NCBI RefSeq assembly: GCF_009931435.1
Contig: NZ_CP043414.1
Reading direction: 5' to 3' (one strand)
Length of the DNA stretch: 64,000 nt
From: Escherichia coli
GTDB taxonomy: Bacteria > Pseudomonadota > Gammaproteobacteria > Enterobacterales > Enterobacteriaceae
The number at the start of each line of letters is the position of its first letter. The stretch's first letter is position 1. Position numbers and translations under genes: made by a program. The notes beneath the pieces are model-generated. The model was not told the origin of the DNA. It searched no databases and saw only the letters and a program-made list of their open reading frames with translations. Positions 43,192 through 57,952 of the stretch are shown here, piece after piece.

Positions 43192-43219
43192 TCTCCCGGT
43201 TTTTTCGCCGGGAGATTTT
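43192..43219 (+). terminator. rho-independent terminator after ubiI
   Basis: tctcccgg-ttttttcg-ccgggaga followed by tttt. Confidence 0.6.
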
Positions 43220-43594
43220 CCTCATTTGAAATAAACTAATTTCACCTCCGTTTTCGCATTATATTTTCTAATGTCACGAATTTTTGATTTAGTGTTTTTT
43301 GACATTTTTTCAGTTCTTAATGTTGTCTTATTCAAATTAACTTTCTCATCTAATTATCTTTGTATAGAGAATGGTCGTTTTTTGGTTTTTTATTCTGTTG
43401 CAATTTTGACGTTTTTTAACCATAAGCTAATGTGATGTTTAATTTTACCTTATGGTTAACAGTCTGTTTCGGTGGTAAGTTCAGGGAAAAGAGAACGATT
43501 GCGTTGGGGACCGGGAGTGGCTCCGATGCTGGGTTTCGTGGTGATAATTTCACCATGAAAAAGTTGTCAGCCCCGCTTATTCAATGAGGACAAG
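43220..43594 (+). promoter_or_regulatory. long AT-rich gcvTHP control region
   Basis: 375-bp AT-rich leader upstream of gcvT; the gcv promoter is known to carry multiple regulator sites, but individual sites were not mapped here. Confidence 0.4.
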
Positions 43595-44689
43595 ATGGCA
43601 CAACAGACTCCTTTGTACGAACAACACACGCTTTGCGGCGCTCGCATGGTGGATTTCCACGGCTGGATGATGCCGCTGCATTACGGTTCGCAAATCGACG
43701 AACATCATGCGGTACGTACCGATGCCGGAATGTTTGATGTGTCACATATGACCATCGTCGATCTTCGCGGCAGTCGCACCCGGGAGTTTCTGCGTTATCT
43801 GCTGGCTAACGATGTGGCGAAGCTCACCAAAAGCGGCAAAGCCCTTTACTCGGGGATGTTGAATGCCTCTGGCGGTGTGATAGATGACCTTATCGTCTAC
43901 TACTTTACTGAAGATTTCTTCCGCCTCGTTGTTAACTCCGCCACCCGCGAAAAAGACCTCTCCTGGATTACCCAACACGCTGAACCTTTCGGCATCGAAA
44001 TTACCGTTCGTGATGACCTCTCCATGATTGCCGTACAAGGGCCGAATGCGCAGGCAAAAGCTGCCACACTGTTTAATGATGCTCAGCGTCAGGCGGTGGA
44101 AGGGATGAAACCCTTCTTTGGCGTGCAGGCGGGCGATCTGTTTATTGCCACCACCGGTTATACCGGTGAAGTGGGCTACGAAATTGCGCTGCCCAATGAA
44201 AAAGCGGCGGATTTCTGGCGTGCGCTGGTGGAAGCGGGCGTTAAGCCCTGCGGTCTGGGCGCTCGTGACACACTGCGTCTGGAAGCGGGTATGAATCTGT
44301 ATAGCCAGGAGATGGACGAAACTATTTCTCCTTTAGCCGCCAACATGGGCTGGACCATCGCCTGGGAACCGACTGATCGTGACTTTATCGGTCGTGAAGC
44401 TCTGGAAGCGCAGCGTGAACATGGCACAGAAAAACTGGTTGGTCTGGTGATGACCGAAAAAGGCGTGCTGCGTAATGAACTGCCGGTACGTTTTACCGAT
44501 GCGCAGGGCAATCAGCATGAAGGCATTATCACCAGCGGTACTTTCTCCCCGACGTTGGGTTACAGCATTGCGCTGGCACGCGTGCCGGAAGGTATTGGCG
44601 AAACGGCGATTGTGCAAATTCGCAACCGTGAAATGCCGGTAAAAGTGACGAAACCTGTTTTTGTGCGTAACGGCAAAGCCGTCGCGTGA
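43595..44689 (+). CDS. gcvT: glycine cleavage system T protein (aminomethyltransferase)
   Basis: 364 aa. Confidence 0.97.
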
Positions 44690-44711
44690 TTTACTTTTTG
44701 GAGATTAATTG

Positions 44712-45101
44712 ATGAGCAACGTACCAGCAGAACTGAAATACAGCAAAGAACACGAATGGCTGCGTAAAGAAGCCGACGGCACTTACACTGTTGGCATCAC
44801 TGAGCACGCTCAGGAGCTGTTAGGCGATATGGTGTTTGTTGACCTGCCGGAAGTGGGCGCAACAGTTAGCGCGGGCGATGACTGCGCGGTTGCCGAATCG
44901 GTAAAAGCGGCGTCAGACATTTATGCGCCAGTAAGCGGTGAAATCGTGGCGGTAAACGACGCACTCAGCGATTCCCCGGAACTGGTGAACAGCGAACCGT
45001 ATGCAGGCGGCTGGATCTTTAAAATCAAAGCCAGCGATGAAAGCGAACTGGAATCACTGCTGGATGCGACCGCATACGAAGCATTGTTAGAAGACGAGTA
45101 A
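44712..45101 (+). CDS. gcvH: glycine cleavage system H protein
   Basis: 129 aa from [16 protein letters not shown]. Confidence 0.97.
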
Positions 45102-45218
45102 CGGCTTTATTCCTCTTCTGCGGGAGAGGATCGGGGTGAGGATATTTACGCCTCACCCTCACTCTCTTCGCAAGGAGAGAGGTTCACAATTCACTGCACG
45201 TTTCAGGAACCATCGCTC

Positions 45219-48092
45219 ATGACACAGACGTTAAGCCAGCTTGAAAACAGCGGCGCTTTTATTGAACGCCATATCGGACCGGACGCCGCGCAACAGCAAG
45301 AAATGCTGAATGCCGTTGGCGCACAATCGTTAAACGCGCTGACCGGCCAGATTGTGCCGAAAGATATTCAGCTTGCGACCCCGCCGCAGGTTGGCGCACC
45401 GGCGACCGAATACGCCGCGCTGGCGGAACTCAAGGCTATTGCCAGTCGCAATAAACGCTTCACGTCTTACATCGGCATGGGTTACACCGCCGTGCAGTTA
45501 CCGCCGGTTATCCTGCGTAACATGCTGGAAAATCCGGGCTGGTATACCGCGTATACTCCGTATCAACCTGAAGTCTCCCAGGGCCGCCTTGAAGCACTGC
45601 TCAACTTCCAGCAGGTAACGCTGGATTTGACTGGCCTGGATATGGCTTCGGCTTCTCTTCTTGACGAAGCCACCGCTGCCGCCGAAGCAATGGCGATGGC
45701 GAAACGCGTCAGCAAACTGAAAAATGCCAACCGCTTCTTTGTTGCTTCTGACGTGCATCCGCAAACGCTGGATGTGGTACGTACTCGTGCCGAAACCTTT
45801 GGTTTTGAAGTGATTGTCGATGACGCGCAAAAAGTGCTGGATCACCAGGACGTCTTCGGCGTGCTGTTACAGCAGGTCGGCACTACCGGTGAAATTCACG
45901 ACTACACCGCGCTTATCAGCGAACTGAAATCACGCAAAATTGTGGTCAGCGTTGCCGCCGATATTATGGCGCTGGTGCTGTTAACTGCGCCGGGTAAACA
46001 GGGCGCGGATATTGTCTTTGGTTCGGCGCAACGCTTTGGCGTACCGATGGGCTACGGTGGCCCGCACGCGGCATTCTTTGCGGCGAAAGATGAATACAAA
46101 CGCTCAATGCCGGGCCGTATTATTGGTGTATCGAAAGATGCTGCGGGCAATACCGCGCTGCGCATGGCGATGCAGACTCGCGAGCAACATATTCGCCGTG
46201 AGAAAGCGAACTCCAACATTTGTACTTCCCAGGTACTGCTGGCAAACATCGCCAGCCTGTATGCCGTTTATCACGGTCCGGTTGGCCTGAAACGTATCGC
46301 TAACCGCATCCACCGTCTTACTGATATCCTGGCTGCAGGTCTGCAACAAAAAGGTCAGAAGCTGCGCCATGCGCACTATTTCGATACTTTGTGTTTGGAA
46401 GTGGCCGACAAAGCGGGCGTGCTGGCGCGTGCCGAAGCGGCTGAAATCAACCTGCGTAGCGATATTCTGAATGCGGTGGGGATCACCCTTGATGAAACCA
46501 CCACGCGCGAAAACGTGATGCAGCTTTTCAGCGTACTGCTGGGCGATAATCACGGACTGGACATCGACACGCTGGACAAAGACGTGGCTCACGACAGCCG
46601 TTCTATTCAGCCTGCAATGCTGCGCGATGACGAAATGCTCACCCATCCGGTGTTTAATCGCTACCACAGCGAAACCGAAATGATGCGCTATATGCACTCG
46701 CTGGAGCGTAAAGATCTGGCGCTGAATCAGGCGATGATCCCGCTGGGTTCCTGCACCATGAAACTGAACGCCGCCGCCGAGATGATCCCAATCACCTGGC
46801 CGGAATTTGCCGAACTGCACCCGTTCTGCCCGCCGGAACAGGCCGAAGGTTATCAGCAGATGATCGCGCAACTGGCTGACTGGCTGGTGAAACTGACCGG
46901 TTACGACGCCGTCTGTATGCAGCCGAACTCTGGCGCTCAGGGCGAATACGCGGGGCTGCTGGCGATTCGTCATTATCATGAAAGCCGCAACGAAGGACAT
47001 CGCGATATCTGCCTGATCCCGGCTTCTGCGCATGGCACTAACCCGGCTTCCGCGCATATGGCAGGAATGCAGGTGGTGGTTGTGGCGTGTGATAAAAACG
47101 GCAACATCGATCTGACTGACCTGCGCGCGAAAGCGGAGCAGGCGGGCGATAATCTCTCCTGCATTATGGTGACCTATCCTTCCACCCACGGCGTGTACGA
47201 AGAAACGATCCGTGAAGTGTGTGAAATCGTGCATCAGTTCGGCGGTCAGGTTTACCTTGATGGCGCGAACATGAACGCCCAGGTTGGCATCACTTCGCCG
47301 GGCTTTATTGGCGCGGACGTTTCGCACCTTAACCTGCATAAAACTTTCTGCATTCCGCACGGCGGTGGTGGTCCGGGTATGGGACCGATCGGCGTGAAAG
47401 CGCATTTGGCACCGTTTGTTCCGGGTCATAGCGTGGTGCAAATCGAAGGCATGTTAACCCGTCAGGGCGCGGTTTCTGCGGCACCGTTCGGTAGCGCTTC
47501 TATTCTGCCAATTAGCTGGATGTACATCCGCATGATGGGCGCAGAAGGGCTGAAAAAAGCAAGCCAGGTGGCAATCCTCAACGCCAACTATATTGCCAGC
47601 CGCCTGCAGGATGCCTTCCCGGTGCTGTATACCGGTCGCGATGGTCGCGTGGCGCACGAATGTATTCTCGATATTCGCCCGTTGAAAGAAGAAACCGGCA
47701 TCAGCGAGCTGGATATTGCCAAGCGTCTGATCGACTATGGTTTCCACGCGCCGACCATGTCGTTCCCGGTGGCGGGGACGCTGATGGTAGAACCGACTGA
47801 ATCTGAAAGCAAAGTGGAACTGGATCGCTTTATCGACGCGATGCTGGCTATCCGCGCAGAAATTGACCAGGTGAAAGCCGGTGTCTGGCCGCTGGAAGAT
47901 AACCCGCTGGTGAATGCTCCGCACATTCAGAGCGAACTGGTCGCCGAGTGGGCGCATCCGTACAGCCGTGAAGTTGCAGTATTCCCGGCAGGCGTGGCAG
48001 ATAAATACTGGCCGACAGTGAAACGTCTGGATGATGTTTACGGGGACCGTAACCTGTTCTGCTCCTGCGTACCGATTAGCGAATACCAGTAA
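45219..48092 (+). CDS. gcvP: glycine dehydrogenase (decarboxylating), P protein
   Basis: 957 aa. Confidence 0.97.
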   Translation: MTQTLSQLENSGAFIERHIGPDAAQQQEMLNAVGAQSLNALTGQIVPKDIQLATPPQVGAPATEYAALAELKAIASRNKRFTSYIGMGYTAVQLPPVILRNMLENPGWYTAYTPYQPEVSQGRLEALLNFQQVTLDLTGLDMASASLLDEATAAAEAMAMAKRVSKLKNANRFFVASDVHPQTLDVVRTRAETFGFEVIVDDAQKVLDHQDVFGVLLQQVGTTGEIHDYTALISELKSRKIVVSVAADIMALVLLTAPGKQGADIVFGSAQRFGVPMGYGGPHAAFFAAKDEYKRSMPGRIIGVSKDAAGNTALRMAMQTREQHIRREKANSNICTSQVLLANIASLYAVYHGPVGLKRIANRIHRLTDILAAGLQQKGQKLRHAHYFDTLCLEVADKAGVLARAEAAEINLRSDILNAVGITLDETTTRENVMQLFSVLLGDNHGLDIDTLDKDVAHDSRSIQPAMLRDDEMLTHPVFNRYHSETEMMRYMHSLERKDLALNQAMIPLGSCTMKLNAAAEMIPITWPEFAELHPFCPPEQAEGYQQMIAQLADWLVKLTGYDAVCMQPNSGAQGEYAGLLAIRHYHESRNEGHRDICLIPASAHGTNPASAHMAGMQVVVVACDKNGNIDLTDLRAKAEQAGDNLSCIMVTYPSTHGVYEETIREVCEIVHQFGGQVYLDGANMNAQVGITSPGFIGADVSHLNLHKTFCIPHGGGGPGMGPIGVKAHLAPFVPGHSVVQIEGMLTRQGAVSAAPFGSASILPISWMYIRMMGAEGLKKASQVAILNANYIASRLQDAFPVLYTGRDGRVAHECILDIRPLKEETGISELDIAKRLIDYGFHAPTMSFPVAGTLMVEPTESESKVELDRFIDAMLAIRAEIDQVKAGVWPLEDNPLVNAPHIQSELVAEWAHPYSREVAVFPAGVADKYWPTVKRLDDVYGDRNLFCSCVPISEYQ

Positions 48093-48114
48093 TTTACTGA
48101 TTCGACTATCTTCT

Positions 48115-48316
48115 AAAGGCGCTTCGGCGCCTTTGACACTGATGTCAAACTCAACATTGCCTGATGCACCTCGTTTATCAGGCCTACATAGTCTGTGCAA
48201 TGTATTGAATTTGCACGATCTTGTAGGCTGGATAAGGCGTTCACGCCGCATCCGGCATAATAAAAGCACTTTGTCATCAATAATTTGAAAGGCGCTTCGG
48301 CGCCTTTATTTTTTTA
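48115..48316. repeat. BIME (two inverted REPs) between two copies of the gcvP terminator hairpin
   Basis: aaaggcgcttcggcgccttt at 48115-48134 and 48288-48307 (second followed by atttttttt); REPs at about 48159-48187 and 48223-48258. Confidence 0.8.
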
Positions 48317-48325
48317 GGAAAACAA

Positions 48326-49069
48326 ATGACTATAGCACTTGTGACCGGTGGCAGTCGCGGCATCGGGCGGGCAACTGCATTACTGTTGGCGCAAGAAGGG
48401 TATACGGTGGCGGTTAATTATCAGCAAAACCTCCACGCGGCGCAGGAAGTGGTGAAGTTAATCACGCAAGCCGGTGGCAAGGCATTCGTGCTTCAGGCGG
48501 ATATCAGCGACGAAAATCAGGTCATCGCAATGTTTACAGCAATCGATCAGCACGATGAACCGCTAGCCGCGCTGGTCAATAACGCCGGGATCTTGTTTAC
48601 CCAGTGCACCGTAGAAAACCTTACCGCAGAGCGAATCAACCGGGTACTTTCCACCAATGTGACGGGATATTTTCTCTGCTGCCGCGAGGCGGTAAAGCGC
48701 ATGGCGCTTAAGAACGGCGGTAATGGCGGTGCTATCGTCAATGTCTCGTCAGTGGCTTCACGGCTGGGATCGCCGGGAGAATACGTTGACTATGCGGCAT
48801 CGAAAGGGGCGATTGATACGTTAACCACAGGGCTGTCACTGGAAGTCGCCGCGCAGGGGATCCGCGTTAACGGCGTGCGGCCAGGGTTTATTTATACCGA
48901 AATGCACGCCAGCGGTGGCGAACCTGGACGCGTTGATCGCGTTAAGTCGAACATCCCCATGCAGCGTGGCGGACAGGCGGAAGAGGTCGCGCAGGCCATC
49001 GTCTGGCTGTTAAGTGATAAAGCCTCTTATGTCACGGGAAGTTTTATCGATTTGGCGGGTGGAAAATAA
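48326..49069 (+). CDS. ygfF: short-chain dehydrogenase/reductase
   Basis: 247 aa; TGGSRGIG cofactor motif. Confidence 0.9.
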   Translation: MTIALVTGGSRGIGRATALLLAQEGYTVAVNYQQNLHAAQEVVKLITQAGGKAFVLQADISDENQVIAMFTAIDQHDEPLAALVNNAGILFTQCTVENLTAERINRVLSTNVTGYFLCCREAVKRMALKNGGNGGAIVNVSSVASRLGSPGEYVDYAASKGAIDTLTTGLSLEVAAQGIRVNGVRPGFIYTEMHASGGEPGRVDRVKSNIPMQRGGQAEEVAQAIVWLLSDKASYVTGSFIDLAGGK

Positions 49070-49125
49070 AACAGGAAAGTTATCTGACCGGATGCAACGA
49101 GTATTGCATCCGGTACTTCATCGAC

Positions 49126-50586
<1,461 letters not shown>

Positions 50587-50603
50587 TTACAGGAAATAGT
50601 ACC

Positions 50604-50915
50604 ATGCAGCCAAACGACATCACTTTTTTTCAACGTTTCCAGGATGACATTCTGGCTGGTCGTAAAACCATCACCATCCGCGACGAGTCTGAATCGCACT
50701 TCAAAACGGGTGATGTGCTTCGTGTCGGGCGTTTTGAAGATGACGGTTATTTTTGCACGATTGAAGTCACCGCAACCTCAACCGTAACGCTGGATACACT
50801 GACGGAAAAACATGCAGAGCAGGAAAATATGACCCTGACTGATCTGAAAAAGGTCATTGCCGATATCTATCCCGGCCAGACACAGTTTTATGTGATTGAA
50901 TTTAAATGCCTTTAA
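50604..50915 (+). CDS. yqfB: ASCH-domain protein
   Basis: 103 aa. Confidence 0.9.
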   Translation: MQPNDITFFQRFQDDILAGRKTITIRDESESHFKTGDVLRVGRFEDDGYFCTIEVTATSTVTLDTLTEKHAEQENMTLTDLKKVIADIYPGQTQFYVIEFKCL

Positions 50916-51075
50916 ATTGAACTCACGCCTGTTAGTTGAAATTTCGCATTTAATTTCATGATTTTTCGGAGATTAGTCTCAAATCAGAATTTATTTTAGC
51001 TAACAGGTGTTCACTGGAACTATTCTCAGTTACGCTGGAGAGGTATACATGTGCGTGTACGTTTCTCCGGAGTAA

Positions 51076-51738
<663 letters not shown>

Positions 51739-51750
51739 TGGGTGTGCCTT

Positions 51751-51908
51751 TGTAGGCCTGATAAGACGCGTCAGCGTCGCATCAGGCATCGGATCGCAAC
51801 TGCCGGATGCGGCGTGAACGCCTTATCCGGCCTACGGGCCGCGTCCTTGGTGTGATAAAGGCACCAAATCCCAGGCATGATAAGACGCGTCAGCGTCGCA
51901 TCAGGCAA
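51751..51908. repeat. BIME: three REP elements between convergent yqfA and ygfZ
   Basis: gcctgataagacgcgtcagcgtcgcatcaggc occurs twice (direct) flanking an inverted gccggatgcggcgtgaacgccttatccggcctac. Confidence 0.8.
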
Positions 51909-51932
51909 TAGTCGCCGGAGCGATACAGAGAT

Positions 51933-52913
51933 TTACTCTTCGAGCGAATACGGCAGCGGCTCGATATGCAATGTATTCGCATCGTCACGTACGCGGAAGA
52001 TGCTGTCCGGTTCCATATCGTTATTCATGACGACCTGTACCACGACCTGACCATCTTCCAGTTTTACCGCAGCCAGCACCGTACCGGTACGACGCCAGTT
52101 CTCGCCCATTTTCAGCTCTAAATCTTCACCCGCTTCCGGCAGTCGGCTGGCGCTACCTGCCAGCAGCCAGAGGGCACGTTTGTTGGCACCGCGGAATTTA
52201 GCTCGTGCCACCATCTCTTGTCCGGTATAACAGCCTTTTTTAAAGCTGATGCCGCCCAGCGCCTGGAGGTTGGTCGCCTGTGGGATAAACTGCCCGCTGT
52301 TGGCGGCATCAATCACCGGAAAACCCGCTTCAATGTTTAATGCCAGCCACTGTTGGCTATTGTTCAGTTCTGCTTCACCGCGCAGTTTATCGGTCAGCGT
52401 ATTGGCGGTAGCTTCATCGGTTACGATCAGGAAACGTTCTGCTGGGTGTTCAAACCATAGCAGGGTAGTCGCACCTTCTCTGATAACCTGCTTTTCCTTC
52501 GAAGGTAATTCACTAAAGAGGTTAGCCAGCGCAGCGCGTGCCTGAAAACCGGCAACACCAAGCAGCACACGTTCATCGTCTGGCGCGATGGTCACTTTAG
52601 AGAACACCGCATATTTTTTCAGTTCAGTCAGTTGTGACTCGCGCACGCTGCGCCGTTCAATCCACGCAAAGCCATCGCCGTCGCGGAACAGACGTAAATT
52701 GCTCCACATTTTGCCTTTGGCGTCGCAATGGGCGGCGAGCAGGTGCTGATCTTCTGTCATCTGGCTGACATCTGCTGTCACCTGACCCTGCATATATTTT
52801 TCGCTGTCCGCGCCAGTAATGGTGGCAAGCGCCCAGTCATCAAGCGTCATCAGCGTCAGCGGTAAACGGGCAGAAGCCGTAGGCTGACGGGGAGGAAAAG
52901 GTGTAAAAGCCAT
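51933..52913 (-). CDS. ygfZ: folate-binding tRNA-modification/Fe-S cluster repair protein
   Basis: 326 aa from [11 protein letters not shown]; ORF-track start is over-extended. Confidence 0.93.
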   Translation of the reverse strand: MAFTPFPPRQPTASARLPLTLMTLDDWALATITGADSEKYMQGQVTADVSQMTEDQHLLAAHCDAKGKMWSNLRLFRDGDGFAWIERRSVRESQLTELKKYAVFSKVTIAPDDERVLLGVAGFQARAALANLFSELPSKEKQVIREGATTLLWFEHPAERFLIVTDEATANTLTDKLRGEAELNNSQQWLALNIEAGFPVIDAANSGQFIPQATNLQALGGISFKKGCYTGQEMVARAKFRGANKRALWLLAGSASRLPEAGEDLELKMGENWRRTGTVLAAVKLEDGQVVVQVVMNNDMEPDSIFRVRDDANTLHIEPLPYSLEE

Positions 52914-53152
52914 AATGGAGTCCTGTTTTACAAACGGCGTATTTATGACTAATGGTAAAAGAGCTATGAGGCAATGCAAGTGCTTTCACTACGCGATCTG
53001 TGCCTTCTGATATGCTTTGCGAGGCGACTACCAAAAAAATGAAGCCCTTGAAATATTGTGGGTTAATTTCGCGATCGCGATTGTGTTTACTGATATTCCC
53101 GCAAAAGAAGTCGAAAAACACGTTACAATAGCCTGGTACTGGATTTTCGTGA

Positions 53153-53819
<667 letters not shown>

Positions 53820-53858
53820 AGATGACGGCAAAGGCTGTGTGCTAAGCCGTCAGTGACA

Positions 53859-54380
53859 TCAGGCGTAATGCTCTGCCATTTCGTTGAGGATTTGCTCGCA
53901 CCAGCTCTGAATACGCTCGTCGCTAAGGTCATACTGGTTAGTTTCGTCCAGTGCCAGACCCACGAACAGTTGCCCGTCAGCAATCACCGGTTTCGGGCTG
54001 GTAAACTCATATCCTTCCGTTGGCCAGTAGCCGACGAACTTCACGCCTTTGGTCGAGAGTTTGTCATGCAGCATGCCGAGCGCATCGAGGAACCACTCGC
54101 CGTACCCCAGTTGATCGCCAAGCCCATACAGCGCAACAATTTTACCTTCGAGATTCAGGTCGTCGAGCTGATCCCAGATGGCTTCCCAGTCTTCCTGGAT
54201 TTCGCCAAAATCCCAGGTCGGGATACCCAGAATGAGCACATCGTACTGCTCCATTAATTTCGGGGAGTCGTCCTTGAGGTTATGTAAGGTCACCAGTTCT
54301 GGGCCGATAATATCGCGGATTTTTTCTGCCGCCATTTCGGTGTAACAGGTGCTGGAACCGTAAAAAAGACCCATATTCAT
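53859..54380 (-). CDS. fldB: flavodoxin 2
   Basis: 173 aa. Confidence 0.95.
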   Translation of the reverse strand: MNMGLFYGSSTCYTEMAAEKIRDIIGPELVTLHNLKDDSPKLMEQYDVLILGIPTWDFGEIQEDWEAIWDQLDDLNLEGKIVALYGLGDQLGYGEWFLDALGMLHDKLSTKGVKFVGYWPTEGYEFTSPKPVIADGQLFVGLALDETNQYDLSDERIQSWCEQILNEMAEHYA

Positions 54381-54491
54381 AACGTAAGCTTCTCGATTCT
54401 GCTGTGGCTTTTGCGGCTAGTGTATCAGAATCGCTTTAGTCACGGCACAATAAGGCATAATGGATCAAATGAGTGACCATAAGGGGCGCAA

Positions 54492-55388
54492 GTGAAACAG
54501 GATCTGGCACGCATCGAGCAGTTTCTTGATGCTCTGTGGCTGGAAAAAAATCTGGCTGAAAATACGTTGAACGCATACCGTCGCGATCTGTCAATGATGG
54601 TGGAGTGGTTGCATCACCGCGGGTTGACGCTGGCGACGGCGCAAAGTGACGATTTGCAGGCATTACTGGCAGAACGGCTGGAGGGTGGGTATAAAGCCAC
54701 CAGCTCAGCGCGTTTGCTGAGTGCAGTGCGCCGATTGTTCCAGTATCTTTATCGCGAAAAGTTTCGTGAAGACGATCCCAGCGCGCATCTCGCTTCGCCG
54801 AAATTGCCCCAGCGTTTGCCAAAAGATTTAAGCGAAGCGCAGGTCGAACGATTATTACAGGCACCATTAATTGATCAGCCACTGGAGCTGCGCGATAAAG
54901 CCATGCTTGAAGTGTTGTATGCTACCGGGCTGCGAGTCTCTGAACTGGTCGGGCTGACAATGAGTGATATCAGCCTGCGTCAGGGCGTAGTGCGGGTCAT
55001 TGGTAAAGGCAACAAAGAACGCCTTGTGCCGTTAGGTGAAGAGGCGGTTTACTGGCTGGAAACTTATCTGGAACACGGGCGACCGTGGTTGCTAAACGGT
55101 GTGTCAATTGACGTGTTGTTTCCCAGTCAGCGCGCGCAGCAGATGACGAGACAAACCTTCTGGCACCGCATTAAACATTATGCTGTGCTGGCGGGTATCG
55201 ACAGCGAAAAGCTGTCACCGCATGTGTTGCGTCACGCTTTTGCCACTCATTTATTAAATCATGGTGCGGATTTACGCGTGGTGCAGATGCTACTGGGCCA
55301 CAGCGATCTCTCCACCACGCAAATTTATACGCATGTCGCTACCGAGCGACTGCGGCAACTTCATCAACAGCATCACCCGCGGGCGTGA
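54492..55388 (+). CDS. xerD: site-specific tyrosine recombinase XerD
   Basis: 298 aa; GTG start; C-terminal catalytic HxxR...Y region. Confidence 0.97.
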   Translation: MKQDLARIEQFLDALWLEKNLAENTLNAYRRDLSMMVEWLHHRGLTLATAQSDDLQALLAERLEGGYKATSSARLLSAVRRLFQYLYREKFREDDPSAHLASPKLPQRLPKDLSEAQVERLLQAPLIDQPLELRDKAMLEVLYATGLRVSELVGLTMSDISLRQGVVRVIGKGNKERLVPLGEEAVYWLETYLEHGRPWLLNGVSIDVLFPSQRAQQMTRQTFWHRIKHYAVLAGIDSEKLSPHVLRHAFATHLLNHGADLRVVQMLLGHSDLSTTQIYTHVATERLRQLHQQHHPRA

Positions 55389-55412
55389 TGTCTGAAAAGA
55401 ACGGGAAGATTT

Positions 55413-56123
55413 ATGAAGAAAGGTTTTATGTTATTTACGTTGTTGGCGGCGTTTTCAGGCTTTGCTCAGGCGGATGACGCGGTAATTCAACAGACGTTAG
55501 CCAAAATGGGCATCAAAAGCAGCGATATTCAGCCTGCACCCGTGGCTGGCATGAAGACAGTTCTGACTAACAGCGGTGTGTTGTACATCACCGATGACGG
55601 TAAACATATCATTCAGGGGCCAATGTATGACGTTAGCGGAACGGCTCCGGTCAATGTCACCAATAAGATGCTGTTAAAGCAACTGAACGCGCTTGAAAAC
55701 GAGATGATCGTTTATAAAGCGCCGCAGGAAAAACACGTCATTACCGTGTTTACTGATATTACCTGTGGTTACTGCCACAAACTGCATGAGCAAATGGCAG
55801 ACTACAACGCGCTGGGGATCACCGTGCGTTATCTTGCTTTCCCTCGCCAGGGGCTGGAGAGCCAGGCTGAGCAACAAATGAAAGCCATCTGGTGTGCGAA
55901 AGATAAAAAGAAAGCGTTTGATGATGTGATGGCGGGTAAAGCTGCCACTCCGGCAAGTTGCGATATCGATATTGCCGATCATTACGCACTTGGCGTCCAG
56001 CTTGGCGTTAGTGGCACTCCGGCAATTGTGCTGAGCAATGGCACACTTGTTCCGGGTTACCAGCCGCCGAAAGAGATGAAAGAATTCCTCGACGAACACC
56101 AAAAAATGACCAGCGGTAAATAA
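55413..56123 (+). CDS. dsbC: periplasmic disulfide isomerase DsbC
   Basis: 236 aa; CGYC active site; signal peptide. Confidence 0.97.
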   Translation: MKKGFMLFTLLAAFSGFAQADDAVIQQTLAKMGIKSSDIQPAPVAGMKTVLTNSGVLYITDDGKHIIQGPMYDVSGTAPVNVTNKMLLKQLNALENEMIVYKAPQEKHVITVFTDITCGYCHKLHEQMADYNALGITVRYLAFPRQGLESQAEQQMKAIWCAKDKKKAFDDVMAGKAATPASCDIDIADHYALGVQLGVSGTPAIVLSNGTLVPGYQPPKEMKEFLDEHQKMTSGK

Positions 56124-56128
56124 TTCGC

Positions 56129-57862
56129 GTGAAACAACAGATACAACTTCGTCGCCGTGAAGTCGATGAAACGGCAGACTTGCCCGCTGAATTGCCTCCC
56201 TTGCTGCGCCGTTTATATGCCAGCCGGGGAGTACGCAGTGCGCAAGAACTGGAACGCAGTGTTAAAGGTATGCTGCCCTGGCAGCAACTGAGCGGCGTCG
56301 AAAAGGCCGTTGAGATCCTTTACAACGCTTTTCGCGAAGGAACGCGGATTATGGTGGTCGGTGACTTCGACGCCGACGGTGCCACCAGCACGGCTCTAAG
56401 CGTGCTGGCGATGCGCTCGCTTGGTTGCAGCAATATCGACTACCTGGTACCAAACCGTTTCGAAGACGGTTACGGCTTAAGCCCGGAAGTGGTCGATCAG
56501 GCCCATGCCCGTGGCGCGCAGTTAATTGTCACGGTGGATAACGGCATTTCCTCCCATACGGGGGTTGAACATGCTCGATCGTTGGGCATTCCGGTTATTG
56601 TTACCGATCACCATTTGCCGGGCGAAACATTACCCGCGGCGAAAGCGATCATTAACCCTAACTTGCGCGACTGCAATTTCCCGTCGAAATCACTGGCAGG
56701 CGTGGGGGTGGCGTTTTATCTGATGCTGGCGCTGCGCACCTTTTTGCGCGATCAGGGCTGGTTTGATGAGCGCGGCATCGCAATTCCTAACCTGGCAGAA
56801 CTGCTGGATCTGGTCGCGTTGGGGACAGTGGCGGACGTCGTGCCGCTGGATGCTAATAATCGCATTCTGACCTGGCAGGGGATGAGTCGCATCCGTGCCG
56901 GAAAGTGCCGTCCAGGGATTAAAGCGTTGCTGGAAGTGGCCAACCGCGATGCGCAAAAACTCGCCGCCAGCGATTTAGGTTTTGCGCTGGGGCCACGTCT
57001 CAATGCAGCCGGGAGACTGGATGATATGTCCGTTGGTGTGGCGCTGTTGCTGTGCGACAATATCGGCGAAGCGCGAGTACTGGCAAATGAACTCGATGCG
57101 CTAAACCAGACGCGAAAAGAGATCGAACAGGGAATGCAGGTTGAAGCCCTGACCCTGTGCGAGAAACTGGAGCGCAGCCGCGACACGCTACCCGGCGGGC
57201 TGGCAATGTATCACCCGGAATGGCATCAGGGCGTTGTCGGTATTCTGGCTTCGCGTATTAAAGAGCGTTTTCACCGTCCGGTTATCGCTTTTGCGCCTGC
57301 GGGTGACGGTACGCTGAAAGGTTCCGGTCGCTCCATTCAGGGGCTGCATATGCGTGATGCGCTGGAGCGGCTAGACACACTCTACCCCGGCATGATGCTG
57401 AAGTTTGGCGGTCATGCGATGGCGGCAGGCCTGTCGCTGGAAGAGGATAAATTCGAACTCTTTCAGCAACGGTTTGGCGAACTGGTTACTGAGTGGCTGG
57501 ACCCTTCGCTATTGCAAGGCGAAGTGGTGTCAGACGGTCCGCTAAGCCCAGCCGAAATGACCATGGAAGTGGCGCAGCTGCTGCGCGATGCTGGCCCGTG
57601 GGGGCAGATGTTCCCGGAGCCGCTGTTTGACGGTCATTTCCGTCTGCTGCAACAGCGGCTGGTGGGCGAGCGTCATTTGAAAGTCATGGTCGAACCGGTC
57701 GGCGGCGGTCCGCTGCTGGACGGTATTGCTTTTAATGTCGATACCGCCCTCTGGCCGGATAACGGCGTGCGCGAAGTGCAACTGGCTTACAAGCTGGATA
57801 TCAACGAGTTTCGCGGCAACCGCAGCCTGCAAATTATCATCGACAATATCTGGCCAATTTAG
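56129..57862 (+). CDS. recJ: ssDNA-specific 5'-3' exonuclease RecJ
   Basis: 577 aa; GTG start; DHH motif (VTDHH). Confidence 0.97.
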   Translation: MKQQIQLRRREVDETADLPAELPPLLRRLYASRGVRSAQELERSVKGMLPWQQLSGVEKAVEILYNAFREGTRIMVVGDFDADGATSTALSVLAMRSLGCSNIDYLVPNRFEDGYGLSPEVVDQAHARGAQLIVTVDNGISSHTGVEHARSLGIPVIVTDHHLPGETLPAAKAIINPNLRDCNFPSKSLAGVGVAFYLMLALRTFLRDQGWFDERGIAIPNLAELLDLVALGTVADVVPLDANNRILTWQGMSRIRAGKCRPGIKALLEVANRDAQKLAASDLGFALGPRLNAAGRLDDMSVGVALLLCDNIGEARVLANELDALNQTRKEIEQGMQVEALTLCEKLERSRDTLPGGLAMYHPEWHQGVVGILASRIKERFHRPVIAFAPAGDGTLKGSGRSIQGLHMRDALERLDTLYPGMMLKFGGHAMAAGLSLEEDKFELFQQRFGELVTEWLDPSLLQGEVVSDGPLSPAEMTMEVAQLLRDAGPWGQMFPEPLFDGHFRLLQQRLVGERHLKVMVEPVGGGPLLDGIAFNVDTALWPDNGVREVQLAYKLDINEFRGNRSLQIIIDNIWPI

Positions 57863-57952
57863 CGTCATATTATCTATAAAAAAGAGCGTGGATTGGGTAC
57901 AATCCCGCTCTTATCACCGCATTTTGACTAGCTCAATAAAAGAAATCAGACC

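Noticed and set aside
46104-47441. 445-codon ORF antisense to gcvP
   Set aside because: Same reason; translation is low-complexity and Arg/His-rich, typical of antisense frames.
47454-48269. 271-codon minus-strand ORF spanning the gcvP 3' end and the BIME
   Set aside because: Overlaps REP elements and is antisense to gcvP; no support as a gene.
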